In this document: piece by piece, positions 1 through 12,059 of the stretch | Position numbering within the stretch: the first letter of the stretch is position 1 | Layout of the letters: every line of letters starts with the position of its first letter | Source of the DNA: Octopus sinensis | Taxonomy: Eukaryota | Direction of reading: 5' to 3' | Assembly: GCF_006345805.1 (NCBI RefSeq) | Contig: NW_021833268.1 | Span: forward strand, 1 to 64,000 | DNA length: 64,000 bases | Translations under genes and position numbers: made by a program | The notes under the pieces: generated by a model | Seen by the model: only the letters and a program-made list of their open reading frames with translations | Databases searched by the model: none | Told to the model about the DNA's origin: nothing

Positions 1-215
1 TAGTTACATTCCCATATAACAGTTAAGAACATCACCATTATTGTATTACGCATGCGCGGAAGAGTTTGCTCGAATAGGTGCAGCTAGCTTAATTACGCAC
101 GAATTGTGCTTAAAAGTTTAGCGCTAAATAGTTCATTCTACAGTTTGTATTGGCAGTTTGCATCATTACCGTGGCAAGCAATTGATCATTAAATACCAGT
201 ATTAAATGTTTGAAC

Positions 216-624
216 TACTCTCTTTTACTCTTTTACTTGTTTCAGTCATTTGACTGCGGCCATGCTGGAGCACTGCCTTTAGTCTAGCAAATCGATCCCA
301 GAACTTATTCTTTGTAAGCCCAGTACTTATTCTATCAGTCCCTTTTGCCGAATCGCTAAGTGACGGGGACGTAAACACACCAGCATCGGTTGTCAAGCAA
401 ATGCTAGGGGGACAAACACAGACACACAAACATACACATACATATATATATATACATACATATATACGACGGGCTTCTTTCAGTTTCCGTCTACCAAATC
501 CACTCACAAGGCTTTGGTTGGCCCGAGGCTATAGTAGAAGACACTTGCCCAGGATGCCACGCAGTGGGACTGAACCCGGAACCATGTGGTTGGTAGACAA
601 GCCACTTACCACACAGCCACTCCT
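216..624 (-). mobile_element. tRNA-derived SINE, family A (about 400 bp, internal AT/AC microsatellite, (GTAAAAGA)n tail)
   Basis: Reverse complement of the family A consensus seen more than 15 times in the window: head GGAGTGGCTGTGTGGTAAG...GGTTCAGTCC, tail GCATGGCCGCAGTCAAATGACTGAAACAAGTAAAAGAG. Confidence 0.9.
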
Positions 625-639
625 ATATTTACTATATAA

Positions 640-881
640 GCGGGACTTAAACCTGTACATTAATCTCCAATAAAACATTTTTATATAATACATGACCATA
701 AAATGCCTCGTAGATCTTATTTAGCTATGTTTAAACTTTAAGTTATATCATATGCTCCTTGACTCACGTTAAAGAAGGGGTGCGTATTATACACCAGGTT
801 TATGTTTTTCAGAGGTACAGCCCCCTAAAAATCCCCTGAGTATTATACTCAAGGGCGGACTATACTCGAAGATTTACGGTA
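640..881. mobile_element. Probable pogo/Tigger-type DNA transposon terminus
   Basis: Ends ...GCGGACTATACTCGAAGATTTACGG-TA with a subterminal GGTGCGTATTATAC repeat. The other end was not found. Confidence 0.4.
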
Positions 882-1221
882 ACATCGACTGCAGTGCGTA
901 ACTAGCACTTTATTTATCGACCCCAAAATAATGAATGGCAAAGTCGACCTCGGTGGAATTTGAACTCAGAACGTAACGACAGACGAAATACCTATTTCTT
1001 TACAACCCACAAGGGGCTAAACACAGAGAGGACAAACGACAGACAAACGGATTTAGTCGATTATATCGACCCCAGTGCGTAACTGGTACTTATTTAATCA
1101 CCCCAAAAGGATGAAAGGCAAAGTCGACCTCGGCGGAATTTGAACTCAGAACGTAGCGGCAGACGAAATACTGCTAAGCATTTCGCCCGACGTGCTAACG
1201 ATTCTGCCAGCTCGCCGCCTT
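882..1221 (-). mobile_element. tRNA-derived SINE, family B, dimer
   Basis: Reverse complement of GGCGGCGAGCTGGCAGAA...GTTCTGAGTTCAAATTCCGCCGAGG...GTGGGT..TAAAGAAATA; two units joined at GAAATAGGTATTTCG. Confidence 0.9.
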
Positions 1222-1266
1222 ATATATGTATGTATGTATATATATATGTACTTTATATATATATAT

Positions 1267-1710
1267 GTCAGGTCACTTTCGAGTGCTACTAGTAACATGT
1301 AACCCAGTACAACCTGTTGCATGGTCGGGTCGTCGGCGACTAAACCGGCAACTCCATTGGTGAGGAGGGTGTTTATTGGACACCCTGCGGGATGAAAAAC
1401 AAAACCCGTCAAAGGGCGGATGAACTATTGAGAGTCAACAGCCTTTCAATAAATGTCTTAAGGCTGTATCATGCGCGGGGACATAGAAATAATCGGACTG
1501 AATATCCGATCGCGCGGTTAAACCATTGGGAGTGAAGGACCCCAAGCCTTTGTTAGGGCATCCTTCTAGGAGAAGGTAACTCAGGTAACTGGGATAACTC
1601 CGACATAAAACCTGCAGCTCAGTGGTTACCGATGATGTTGACTTGTTCTTCTTTTCAGATTATGGCTGCTGTTGCTTAGTGTGTGGGATTGACTCAATGT
1701 ACAGCCTTTC
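1267..1710 (+). mobile_element. Probable 5' UTR of an RTE-type LINE (orphan, no ORF following)
   Basis: GC-richer segment with several hairpins containing TAGGGCATCCTTCTAGGAGAAGGTAACTC, resembling the AGGGCAACC..TCTAGGAGAAGGAAAACTC motif of RTE 5' ends. Confidence 0.45.
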
Positions 1711-1739
1711 CTCACTTTAAAAAAATCTTCTTGCATAGC

Positions 1740-1800
1740 ATACATACATACATACATACATATTATACATACATATATAATATATGTGTATATATATATA

Positions 1801-1846
<46 letters not shown>

Positions 1847-2176
1847 CAATTGCACGTAGAAGGTGTTTATAGGCCATTTAAAACTCACAAAAAGTGTTAG
1901 TCACTTCAACATTTAAATTTTATTTGTCAAAATATTTTCGTTGGTTTGAAACCGCAACTTGTTCACTGACAAAATTCCGTGCTATATATGTAAAGTGTGT
2001 GTGTATGTGTGTATATATGTAAATATCCATATATACATATATGTATATATACATACATACATACACAAATGTATATATATATATACGTTTATATATATAT
2101 ATAATTATTATATATGTAAAATTATATGTATGTATATGAGTATATATATATATATACATACATTATATATATATAC

Positions 2177-2252
<76 letters not shown>

Positions 2253-2388
2253 ATCTATATAATATGTATATATGCATATTATATTATTAATAATATATAT
2301 ATATATTATATATATGTATATAGCATATATAATATATATATATATATATATAGATATTATATTATATATATCTATATATATATATATC
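1740..2388. repeat. Compound (AT)n/(ATAC)n microsatellite
   Basis: Visible directly. Confidence 0.95.
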
Positions 2389-2389
2389 A

Positions 2390-5300
2390 TCTCCTCAAAC
2401 TCAAACTCGCAGATGGGACTATCCACAATACAAGACCGCCACAGCAAATAGACCCAAGGTGGACACCGCCGGCAACAGCATACACCTCACCTCGATGCTC
2501 CTACAGAACATCAGAGGACTGCAAACACTCAATAACAGGACAAAAATCCCGTTCTTGAGAGACTTTGTTGCATGCAATCAAACCTTATGCATAGCACTTA
2601 CGGAAAGACACCTGAAACCGGACATAGCAGATGCGGAAATACACATACCACAGTATGTTGTGCTACGGACCGACAGAAAAGAAAGGAGTCATGGAGGAGT
2701 TGCTATGTACATCCGTGAGGACCTCACACCCCAGGTCCTTTTGTCATACTCAAATTCGGTGAGTGACACACTAATTGGCAACTTGGTGTAGTTATATGTG
2801 CTACATATCCTCCAGATGCCCCAAGCCATGTAGGCAAGTTTGAAGAATGCCTTATAAAAATAGAAGTTCTAGTCACATTAGAACAACACATAAGTGTACT
2901 TCTTATGGGAGACTTCAGTCTACCCAATGTCAGAGAGCCTTTCTCTCCCAGGAATGACACGATGTGAACGAGGACAGGCGAGGTCCCTCCTGAACCTCAT
3001 CAACACTCTTTACATGGAGCAAGTAATACTCCAACCAACCAGGGCAGGTAACATACTGGATCTCTGCTTCACAAATAATATGCATCTTATCCATAATGTG
3101 AAAGTGACACCGACACTACTCTCGGATCACAACATGGTAAAGCTGACCATGTACGGGCCAAAGGAAAGCATGGACATGCAGCCTACAGAAACTCTCAGAA
3201 TCTTCCAGCTTGAACTTCCATAAGGCAAACTGGAAACAAATTGAGAAAGAGATCCTCAAACAAAACTGGCCTGAATGTCTCTCCTCGCCAGACATCGACA
3301 TGAAACTTCAACAATTCATGTCTGTAATGCAAGCCATATGCTACAAATGTGTCCCAGAGAGAAAGGCCACTGTACACAAGAGCAAAATCCCCAGAGAGAG
3401 GAAAATTCTAATGAGACGGCGTACAAAAGTTTCAAATCGCCTAAACAAACAAATTGAAAGCAGTGAAAAGTCCCGCCTGAAAGTAAAACTGTTGGAAATT
3501 GAAAAATGTCTGCAACTCTCCCATGAAAAAGAAAGAGCAGACAAAGAAGCCTGGGCTATAGACAACATAAAATCTAACCCCAGAGCTTTCTACAGGTATG
3601 CCAAAGAAACAGCTACAGTGCACTGTAGGATAGGGCCACTCCTTGGAAAGGATGGCACACTCACAGGAAATCCGATGAGGGTAAGTGAAATACTAAATGA
3701 GCAATTCAAGAGTATTTTCACGCCACCCCTAGGGCATTTTCAAGTCAGCAATCCAACTGACTTCTTTACCACGGCAGATATAAAATCGGAGACAGCAATG
3801 ATTGATTACATCAATATAAAGGAAGACGATGTAATAAAGGCTATTGATGAAATGAAAATAGACTCAGCTATTGGCCCAGATGGATTCCCAGCAATCCTTC
3901 TAAAAGTATGTAAGAGAGTCCTAGCAAGACCACTGCAGTTCCTCTTTCAGAGCTTCCTTGCAACTGGCAAACTTCCAAGAAAACTGAAGGAATGTAAAAT
4001 ATGCCTTATTCATAAAGGAGGTAGCAGAGCGGAGGCCAAGAACTACAGACCTATCTCTCTGACCTCACACATCAGCAAGGTCATGGAACGAATAGTCAGA
4101 AGGAAACTAATCACCTTCCTTGAAGAAAATGACTTGCTGCCTGACACTCAACATGGTTTCCGACCAGGAAGAAGCTACTTAACTCAGCTCCTAAAACACT
4201 ATGACTGGGTGCTGAAACGACTGCTCAACCACTCAAATGTGGAAGTCATATATCTCGACTTTGCAAAGGCCTTTGATAAAGTCGATCATAGAATGCTATG
4301 TCACAAACTGCGTGATCTTGGCATAGTTGGAAAATTGGGAGAGTGGCTTCATGACTTTCTGAAGGATAGAAGTCAGGTGGTAGCAAATAGTGAGCGGTGT
4401 TCCGCAGGGCACTGTTTTGGGACCACTACTGTTCATAATGACCCTCTCAGACATGCCCTCAGCCACGCAGAGAGCCACGATCAAAAGTTATGCAGATGAT
4501 ACAAAAGTTTCACAGGCAATACAGAACCCTGAAGACACTAAGCACCTGCAATGTGAGCTGGACAAAATATACAAGTGGGCTGAAAAGAATAGCATGCAGT
4601 TCAATGCTGAAAAGTTTCAAGCTCTATGCTATCAGCACGCAAAACTAATGCAATACCCAATAATACACTGGACCTGGAGGGACTGCAATCCCAGAGGCAC
4701 AATCAGTGCGAGACCTGGGTATTTACATGAGTGATGATGCAACCTTTCATGTGCATGTTGCTAAATTGGCAATGAAATGTAGGCGGCTGACCGGATGGAT
4801 TCTTAGAACCTTCAGAACAAGAGACCAGGAAACCATGATGGTCCTCTGGAGGACACTTGTCCTAAGCCACTTTGAGTATTGCTCTCAGCTATGGTCACCA
4901 TCCAGTGTCAAGTTAATCACAGAACTTGAGGCGATCCAACGAAGCTACACGAAGAAGATAGCCTCTGTGCAGCATATAAGCTATTAGGAAAGACTCAAGA
5001 GATTGAGACTCTATTCCTTAGAGCGTAGGCGAGAAAGATATGCCATAATATACATCTGGAAGATCCTAGAAGGACTTGTCCCAAACTTTGGCATCGAGAG
5101 TTACACAAATGCCAGAACTGGGTGCCACTGCATAGTGCCAAGGACTCCACATTTGCCATCAAGATGTAGGACAAGATACTGTGATAGACTGGGCTTCCGA
5201 GGCCCACAGCTCTTCAATATCCTCCCGAAGAACCTAAGAGACCTGCATGGGGTGGATGCAGATGTCTTTAAAATGAAACTGGATCTCTTCTTGTCAGGTA

Positions 5301-5455
5301 TCCCAGATGAACCAACTTCACGACAGGAGGTGCAGATGAGGGCAGCTGCATCGAACTCTCTCATGCACCAAATGGCAATTGCTAAAAAGCATTCGTGAAG
5401 TAAAATCATGCCCCAACATGGCCACAGCTTGTGAGCTCAAACTAGATAAATAAAA
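2390..5455 (+). mobile_element. CR1-type LINE, near-complete but disrupted ORF2 (APE endonuclease + reverse transcriptase)
   Basis: Endonuclease motifs LLQNIRGL, IALTE.HL, RTDR...GGVAMYI, LDLCFT, SDH. RT motifs GPDG, NYRPISLTS, QHGFR, YLDFAKAFDKVDH, SGVPQGTVLGPLLF, YADD. C-terminal YSLERRRERY. Several stops and frameshifts between 2459 and 5398; short 3' UTR; (AT)n on both sides. Confidence 0.95.
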
Positions 5456-5762
5456 TATATATATATATATACATATATATACACATATATATATATACAT
5501 ATATTAGAAGAAATGAGGTAATCAGAAGATCGGATGGTTTATATTTACAGATATTTATTTATATATTACATTTTTTACATATATATCATATCACTTAGAT
5601 CATTAGCGCTTTCTCCCATTCTAGTGGGGTTTTCAAATCAAAATAATTCCTTTGTGGGGAATTTTAATCATTTTATAGAGTTTCGTAGTGGTGGGGAGGA
5701 ATAAGACAGTACAAGAGGGTGAGGTGGATGAGGAGAAAGTGAGAGAGAGAACATGTGTGTAT

Positions 5763-5801
<39 letters not shown>

Positions 5802-5947
5802 GTGTGTGTGTGTGTGTGTTTGTATCTGATGTGAGTGCTAAAGAGAAAGAGGGGAAGAAGAAGGAAAGAATTTTTTTGGTCTGCTGGACAGAATATTGAC
5901 TCCAAGGGGGTTCTAAGAATTTCAGCTTTGACCACTTCACGTATATA

Positions 5948-6331
5948 TCTCTCTCTATATAAACGGCAGTTTGTCTGTGCGTGTTTCTGTGTGTCTGTTT
6001 GCTTGTACCCTCACCCTGACCACGGCTTTCAACCGATTCTGATGAAACTTGACACACACATAGCCCAATGTCATAATTCAAAACTAACGCAGCGAAAATT
6101 TTGAAAAGTTCCCCCAGTTCTGAAAAAAATCGATAAATTCGACATGGGGTCGAGAATCAGGAATACGAACCACAAACTGTCTAGGGGACGCAACTCTACC
6201 TTTTTTAAACCTCAAAAAAAAATTTACCATCATTTTTTCCATTTTTTTGCTATTTTTTGGCTATAACTCTCTAAAAATGCTTTATAGTTATTTCCCTTAC
6301 AAACCTGAGCAACGCCGGGCGATACTGCTAG
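5948..6331 (+). mobile_element. Non-autonomous Helitron
   Basis: A|TC start at 5948, internal ACCGATTCTGATGAAACT motif, subterminal hairpin CCTGAGCAACGCCGGG, CTAG|T end at 6328-6332. Confidence 0.75.
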
Positions 6332-6340
6332 TATATATAT

Positions 6341-6389
<49 letters not shown>

Positions 6390-6429
6390 TATATATACCC
6401 ATATATGTATGTCATTATTCATTTATTGC

Positions 6430-6830
6430 ATGACTTCTTGCCAATAAAGAATCGGTTTCTCACCTAGATCCAGGGCCACTTCATTAGAATTTCAACATCT
6501 ACAACAGAGTATTTTTATTTGTATGTATGTATGTATGTATGTACGTATGCATATATGTGCAGATTTGTATGTTTTATGTATCCATTCTAATGCATATAGT
6601 TACATATCTAGACATTCTCATATATATTTAAATGTTAAACTTATGGAAAGTTTTACAGATTTTTACAGTTCCAGCGATGGATCGGATCTGTAGTCCTCGA
6701 ATCAGCTTTCTCCTTTCTGGTTTTGAGAAGCCTAATTTCTCAAGATTGGTATTTAGGCAGTGTGTTACATATCCCAGTGCCCCAATAATTACTGGTATAA
6801 ACCTGAACCTGTAATCTGGATAGAGTAACT
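6430..6830 (-). mobile_element. 3' end remnant of an RLE-type (R4/Hero-like) non-LTR retrotransposon
   Basis: Minus frame LLYPDYRFRFIPVIIGALGYV...LGF...LQIRSIAGTVKICKTF* matches the restriction-like endonuclease C-terminus (P[VI].[IV]GALG ... LQ....GT..I). Confidence 0.7.
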
Positions 6831-6861
6831 GCGTGTGTGCATAATGATAAATGTATATGAA

Positions 6862-7045
6862 TGGGAGATGCATGGCATAGTGGTCAGGATGTTCGACGCA
6901 TGATCGCTAGATTGTGATTTCGATTCCCGAACCGTATAATCCGTTGTATTCTTGAGTTCACACTGTTCCAGTCCACTCAGCTGGTAAAAATGAGTACTTC
7001 TGCAATGGACAGGTTTCCCATTTACTGGGGTCGCATATATACCCC
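6862..7045 (+). mobile_element. Diverged tRNA-headed SINE (family D-like)
   Basis: TGGCATAGTGG A box, TTTCGATTCC B box, then TTCCAGTCCACTCAGCTG shared with 12060-12300 and 48762-49098. Confidence 0.65.
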
Positions 7046-7058
7046 GTAGAATCAATTA

Positions 7059-8680
7059 AGGCGGCGAGCTGGCAGAAACGTTAGCACGCCGGACAAAATG
7101 CATAGCGGCATTCATTTGTCTTTACATACTGAGGTCAAATTCCACCGAGGTCGCCTTTGTCTTCCATCTTTTCAGAATCGATAAAATATTGGGTTGTCCG
7201 GAAAGTTTGTGTTGATTCATAGCAGCTTACCTTTCGACTTATTTTAGAACATGGTTGAGTCCATAAAATAGGATTTGACTACATCTCCATTTAGAGCACA
7301 GTTTAAGCTATCTTTTCGTGGAAGAAGGTTTACGTTCCTAGAACCTGTGTTAATTCTGTAACCCTTTAAAATGGAAGAAAAGAAAGTTCATTTTCGGCAC
7401 TTGATGCTTTGGGAACCAGACAAAAATTGCTGCAGCTCGGATGGGATGTGTTACCCCACCCTCCATATTCACCAGATATTGCTCCTTCGGATTTCCACTT
7501 ATTCAGGTCTCTGCAGAATAGTCTTAATGGTAAAAATTTCAATTCCTCGGATGACGTAAAAGATACCTTGATGAATTCTTTGCCATGAAACCATCTCAAT
7601 TCTGGGAAGAGGGTATTTTCAAGTAAAAGGAAAGATGGAGATGCATTGTGCAACGAAATGGTTCATATTTGGTTGGTTAAAAATGTAATGGCAAGTATTT
7701 ATTGACCTTTTTCTTTCCTTTAAAAATCGGAACGAACTTTCCGGACAACCAAATACTTATTGCCAGCTAACAGAATCGTTACCTCGCCGGGCAAAATGCA
7801 TAGCCTCATTCATCTATCTTCACGTTCCGAATTCAGAATCCGCCGAGGTTGGTCTCATGTAGGCGAGCTGGCAGACACGTTACACGCTGACAAAATGCTT
7901 AGCGACATTTCATCCCTCTCTACATTCTGGGTTCGAGTTCCGCCGAGGTTGATTTTTAAGTCGGTTATCTGGAAGAACGGTTTGTACACTGGACAAAATG
8001 CTTAACAGGGTTCATCCTCCTTTTCGTTCTGCGTTCAAATTCCGCCAAGGTCGACTTCACCTTTCATTATTTCACAGGTGTTAAAATAAGTGATGCAAGC
8101 TAGCAGAGTCGTTCCAATGCAAAATGCGTAGCGGCATTCATACGTCTTCACGTTTTGAGTTCAAAATCCGCTGAGATCGACTGTCATTCATCCTTCTGGG
8201 GCCGATAAAATATGTATTGTAGGCTAGCAGAATCGTTATTTCGTCGGGAAAATTCCTTAGCCTCATTCATCCATCTTTATGATCTGAGTCTAAATTCCAT
8301 CGTAGTTGATTTCAGTCGGCGAACTGGCGGAACTGTTAGCACGCTAGACAAAGTGCTTCGAAGCATTTATCTGCCATTACGTACTTAGTTCAAATTCCGC
8401 CGAGGTCGACTTGGCCTTTCATCATTTTGGAGTCGATAAAATACCTGTCGCAAGCGAGCAGAATCGTTAGCTCGCCGGTGTGTTGGCAGAAATGTTAGCA
8501 CGCCGAGTGAAATGCTTTGCGGTATTTCGTCTGCCGCTACGCTCTGAGTTCAAATTCCGACGCGGTCGACTTTGCCTTCCGTCATTTCGGAATCGATAAA
8601 TAAAGTACCAGTTGTGTACTGGGGTCGATCTAATCGACTGGACTCCTCCCTTAAAATTTCGAGCTTTGTACCTAGAATAG
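7059..8680 (+). repeat. Head-to-tail run of about 8 degenerate family B SINE heads (100-130 bp each), interrupted by a mariner
   Basis: Recurring GCGAGCTGGCAGA..GTTAGCACGCC.G.CAAAATGC..AGC..TTCTGAGTTCAAATTCCGCCGAGGT variants near 7059, 7758, 7861, 7971, 8093, 8219, 8317 and 8450. Confidence 0.75.
7189..7753 (+). mobile_element. Internally deleted mariner transposon
   Basis: TA-flanked TIRs TTGGGTTGTCCGGAAAGTT / AACTTTCCGGACAACCAAA. N-terminus MEEKKVHFRHLMLWE is fused directly to the C-terminal LGWDVLPHPPYSPDIAPSDFHLFRSLQN region. Confidence 0.93.
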
Positions 8681-8793
8681 AAAAGACTTTCAACTCTGAA
8701 GAGGAGGTAGATATTCACTTGGAAGTCTTTTCTCATAAAAACAGGAAATTGCGAGTGGATTTGGTAGACGGAAACTGAAAGAAGCCAAACGTG

Positions 8794-8854
<61 letters not shown>

Positions 8855-9018
8855 CTTTGTGTATCTTTGCGTCTGTATTTGTTTCCCAACAGCGCTTGAC
8901 AACTAGTGTTGGTGTATCTACGTCACCGTAACCTAGCGGTTCGGCAAAAGAGACCGATAGAATAAGTACCAGGCTAAAAAAAAAATACATTCGACTAATT
9001 CTTTCGTTTTTCTTGAGT

Positions 9019-9411
9019 AGGCGCAGAAGTGGCTGTGTGGTAAGTAGCTTGTTTACAAACCACATGGTTCCGGGTTCAATCCCACTGCGTGGCACCTTGG
9101 GCAAGTGTCTTCTACTATAGCCTCGGATCGATCAAAGCCTTGTGAGTGGATTTGGTAGACGGAAACTGAAAGAAGCCCGTCGTATATATGTATATGTGCG
9201 TGTTTGTGTGTCTCTGTTTGTCCCCCCCACCAACGTCGCTTGAGAACCGATGCTGGTGTGTTTATGTCCCCGTAACTTAGCGGTTCAGCAACAGAGACCG
9301 ATAGAATAAGTACTAGGCTTACAAAGAATAAGTGTCTTCTACTATAGCTTCAGGCTGACCAAAGCCTTGTGAGTGGATTTGGTAGACGGAAACTGAAAGA
9401 AGCCCGTCGTA

Positions 9412-9467
<56 letters not shown>

Positions 9468-9645
9468 TTAGTGAATTGAAGAAATGGAGTTGAACGAAGA
9501 TTGAACAGAAATCGTTTTATTTCATTCTACACGTGTTTCGAAAGGCACAATTTACCAAATTGTCTTCTGCTGTGATTTTTGCTACCAAGGTATCGGTTAA
9601 ACTTTTGATTAATCTGCAACAAGATTATTCATCTTTCTATTTCAC

Positions 9646-9682
<37 letters not shown>

Positions 9683-9950
9683 GTGTGTGTGTGTGTGTAT
9701 GTATATGTGTATGTATGTATGTGTGTGTATATGTTTGTGTGTCTGTGTTTGTCCTCCCGACATCGCTTGACAACCGATGCTGGTTTATGTCCCCGTAACT
9801 TAGCGGTTTGACACAAGTGACCGATAGAATAAGTACTAGGCTTACAAAGAATAAGTCCTGGGGTCGATTTGCTCGACTAAAGGCGGTGCTCCAGCACGGC
9901 CACAATCAAATGACTGAAACAAGTAAAAGAGTGAAAGAGAGAGTAAAAGA
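9019..9950 (+). mobile_element. Cluster of family A SINEs, the second split in its microsatellite by a 180-bp insert (9460-9640)
   Basis: Family A head at 9019; body repeats near 9330; 3' half resumes at 9700-9950. Confidence 0.8.
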
Positions 9951-10203
9951 CTAGAAATTTCATGTTGGAGGAGGGGTGGGGGAGTTACATTAAAATGTAA
10001 TTCTTGTGGGTGTTACACAGATACGCAAAAATTTTGTGAAATTTCCAAAAATTGAAAAAAAGTCATGCGGGCTTATATGGGGATGCTTAAACCAGATTTC
10101 TGTTCACCTCAAAGGAAAAGACCAACACACACACATACGTGCACAAAAATAGTAGTATATGGGAAATAACTCTAAAGAAATTGCATTCAGAATTAATTCC
10201 CTT

Positions 10204-10868
10204 GCAGGAGTGGCTGTGTGGTAAGTAGCTTGCTAACCAACCACATGGTTCTGGGTTCAGTCCCAATGCGTGGCACCTTGGGCAAGTGTCTTCTACTATA
10301 GCCTCGGGCCGACCAATGCTTTGTGAGTGGATCTGTGGATTTGGTAGACGGAAACTGAAAGAAGCCTGTCATATATATATGTATATATATATGTATGTGT
10401 GTGTGTTTGTGTGTCTATGTTTGTTCCCCTAGCATTGCTTGACAACCGATGCTGGTGTGTTTACGTCCCCGTCACTTAGCGGTTCGGCAAAAGAGACCGA
10501 TAGAATAAGTACTGGGCTTACAAAAAGAATAAGTCTCGAGGTCGAGTTGCTCGATTAAAGGCGGTGCTCCAGCATGGCCGCAGTCAAATGACTGAAACAA
10601 GTAAAAGAGTAAAAGAGTATATAGATATTCATATGTATGTGTGTGTGTGTGTCTGTGTGTGTGTCTGTGTTTGTCCCCCTAGCGTTGCTTGAAAACCGAT
10701 GCTGGTGTGTTTACGTCCCCGTCACCTGGCGGTTCGGCAAAGGAGACCGATAGAACAAGTACTGGGCTTACAAAGAGTGAGTCCCGGGGTCGATTTGCTC
10801 GATTAAAAGGCGGTGCCGCAGCATGGCCGCAGTCAAATGACTGAAACAAGCAAAAGAGTAAAAGAGTA
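10204..10868 (+). mobile_element. Full family A SINE plus tandem 3' half
   Basis: Consensus match; tails end at 10617 and 10868. Confidence 0.9.
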
Positions 10869-11235
10869 TACTCACAGACGTTGGCATATGAATATGTAGG
10901 CGCGCGCGCGCGCGTGTATTTAGGCGAAATTACTATAAGGCGGGTGAGCTGCAGAATCTTTAGCGCACCGGACAAAATTCTTGGCGTCTTTCCATCTGTC
11001 ATTACGTACCGAGTTCAAATTACGTTGAGGTCGACTTTGCCTTTCATACTTTTAAGGTCGATAAAACAAGTACCTGTTGAATACGAGGGTTTGTGAAATG
11101 ATTCTTCTGAGTGTCCTCTAACTCTATCTTATAGGGAAGCCTCTGCAGGCATACATAATGTAGTAGGATGTACCGGACATGATAGTACCAACAGTTTCTA
11201 ACTAACTTTTCTTTTCAATGATAATCCTGTTCATG

Positions 11236-11612
11236 TGGAGGTGCAATGGCCCAGTGGTTAGGGCAGCGGAATCGCGGTCGTAGGATCGCGATTTCGATTC
11301 CCAGACCGGGCGTTGTGAGTGTTTATTGAGCGAAAACACCTAAAGCTCCACGAGGCTCCGGCAGGGGATGGTGGTGATCCCTGCTGTACTCTTTCACCAC
11401 AACTTTCTCTCACTCTTACTTCCTGTTTCTGTTGTACCTGTATTTCAAAGGACCGGTCTTGTCACTCTCTGTGTCACGCTGAATATCCCCGAGAACTACG
11501 TTAAGGGTGCACGTGTCTGTGGAGTGCTCAGCCACTTACACGTTAATTTCACGAGCAAGCTGTTCCGTTGGTCGGATCAACCGGAACCCTCGTCGTTGTA
11601 ACCGACGGAGTG
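11236..11612 (+). mobile_element. tRNA-derived SINE, family C
   Basis: TGGCCCAGTGG A box, TTTCGATTCC B box; near-identical inverted copy at 59985-60362. Confidence 0.88.
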
Positions 11613-11719
11613 CTTCTAATCCTGTTCATATTTATTTCAAGAACCTTTCCAATGTCTTATGTTGGAATAAAGAATGCTTATTTGATGGTTGACTTTGTTG
11701 TATTTCCTTCGCTACAATA

Positions 11720-12040
11720 TATACGGCTGGGCGAAATGCGTAGGCGTATTTCGTCTGCCGTTACGTTCTGAGTTCAAATTCTGCCGAGGTCAATAAATAA
11801 AGTACCAGTTACGCACTGGGGTCGATATAATCGATTTAATCCGTTTGTCTGTCCTTGTTTGTCTCCTCCATGTTTAGCCCCTTGTGGGCAATGAAATAAG
11901 AAACGTTTGCACTCCGGGCGAAATGCTTAGCAGTATTTAGATTGCCTTTAGGTTCTGAGTTCAAATTCCGATATAATCGACTTAATCCCTCTGTCTTTGT
12001 TTGTCCCCTCTATGTTTATCCCCTTGTGGGCAATAAAGAA
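11720..12040 (+). mobile_element. Family B SINE dimer (with deletions)
   Basis: Units joined at GAAATAAGAAACGTTTGCAC. Confidence 0.8.
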
Positions 12041-12059
12041 ATATATGTGTGAGTGTGTG

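Noticed and set aside
401-673. Recurrent ORFs such as MLGGQTQTHK...[18 protein letters not shown]
   Set aside because: Chance frames in family A SINE copies; not genes.
1267-1370. HDV-like ribozyme in the RTE-like 5' UTR
   Set aside because: GACTAA resembles J4/2, but I could not form P1 or a canonical L3/P1.1.
6447-6495. CTAATGA...GAAACCG hammerhead-like motif on minus
   Set aside because: Core has G5>A and stem I does not pair.
9460-9640. Hammerhead in the insert containing CTACACGTGTTTCG
   Set aside because: GAAAC plus a palindrome is present on minus, but the core reads CAGAAGA, stem II is out of register and no stem I forms.
11134-11190. Possible upstream exon EASAGIHNVVG
   Set aside because: Acceptor is plausible, but there are several weak alternative donors and no motif.
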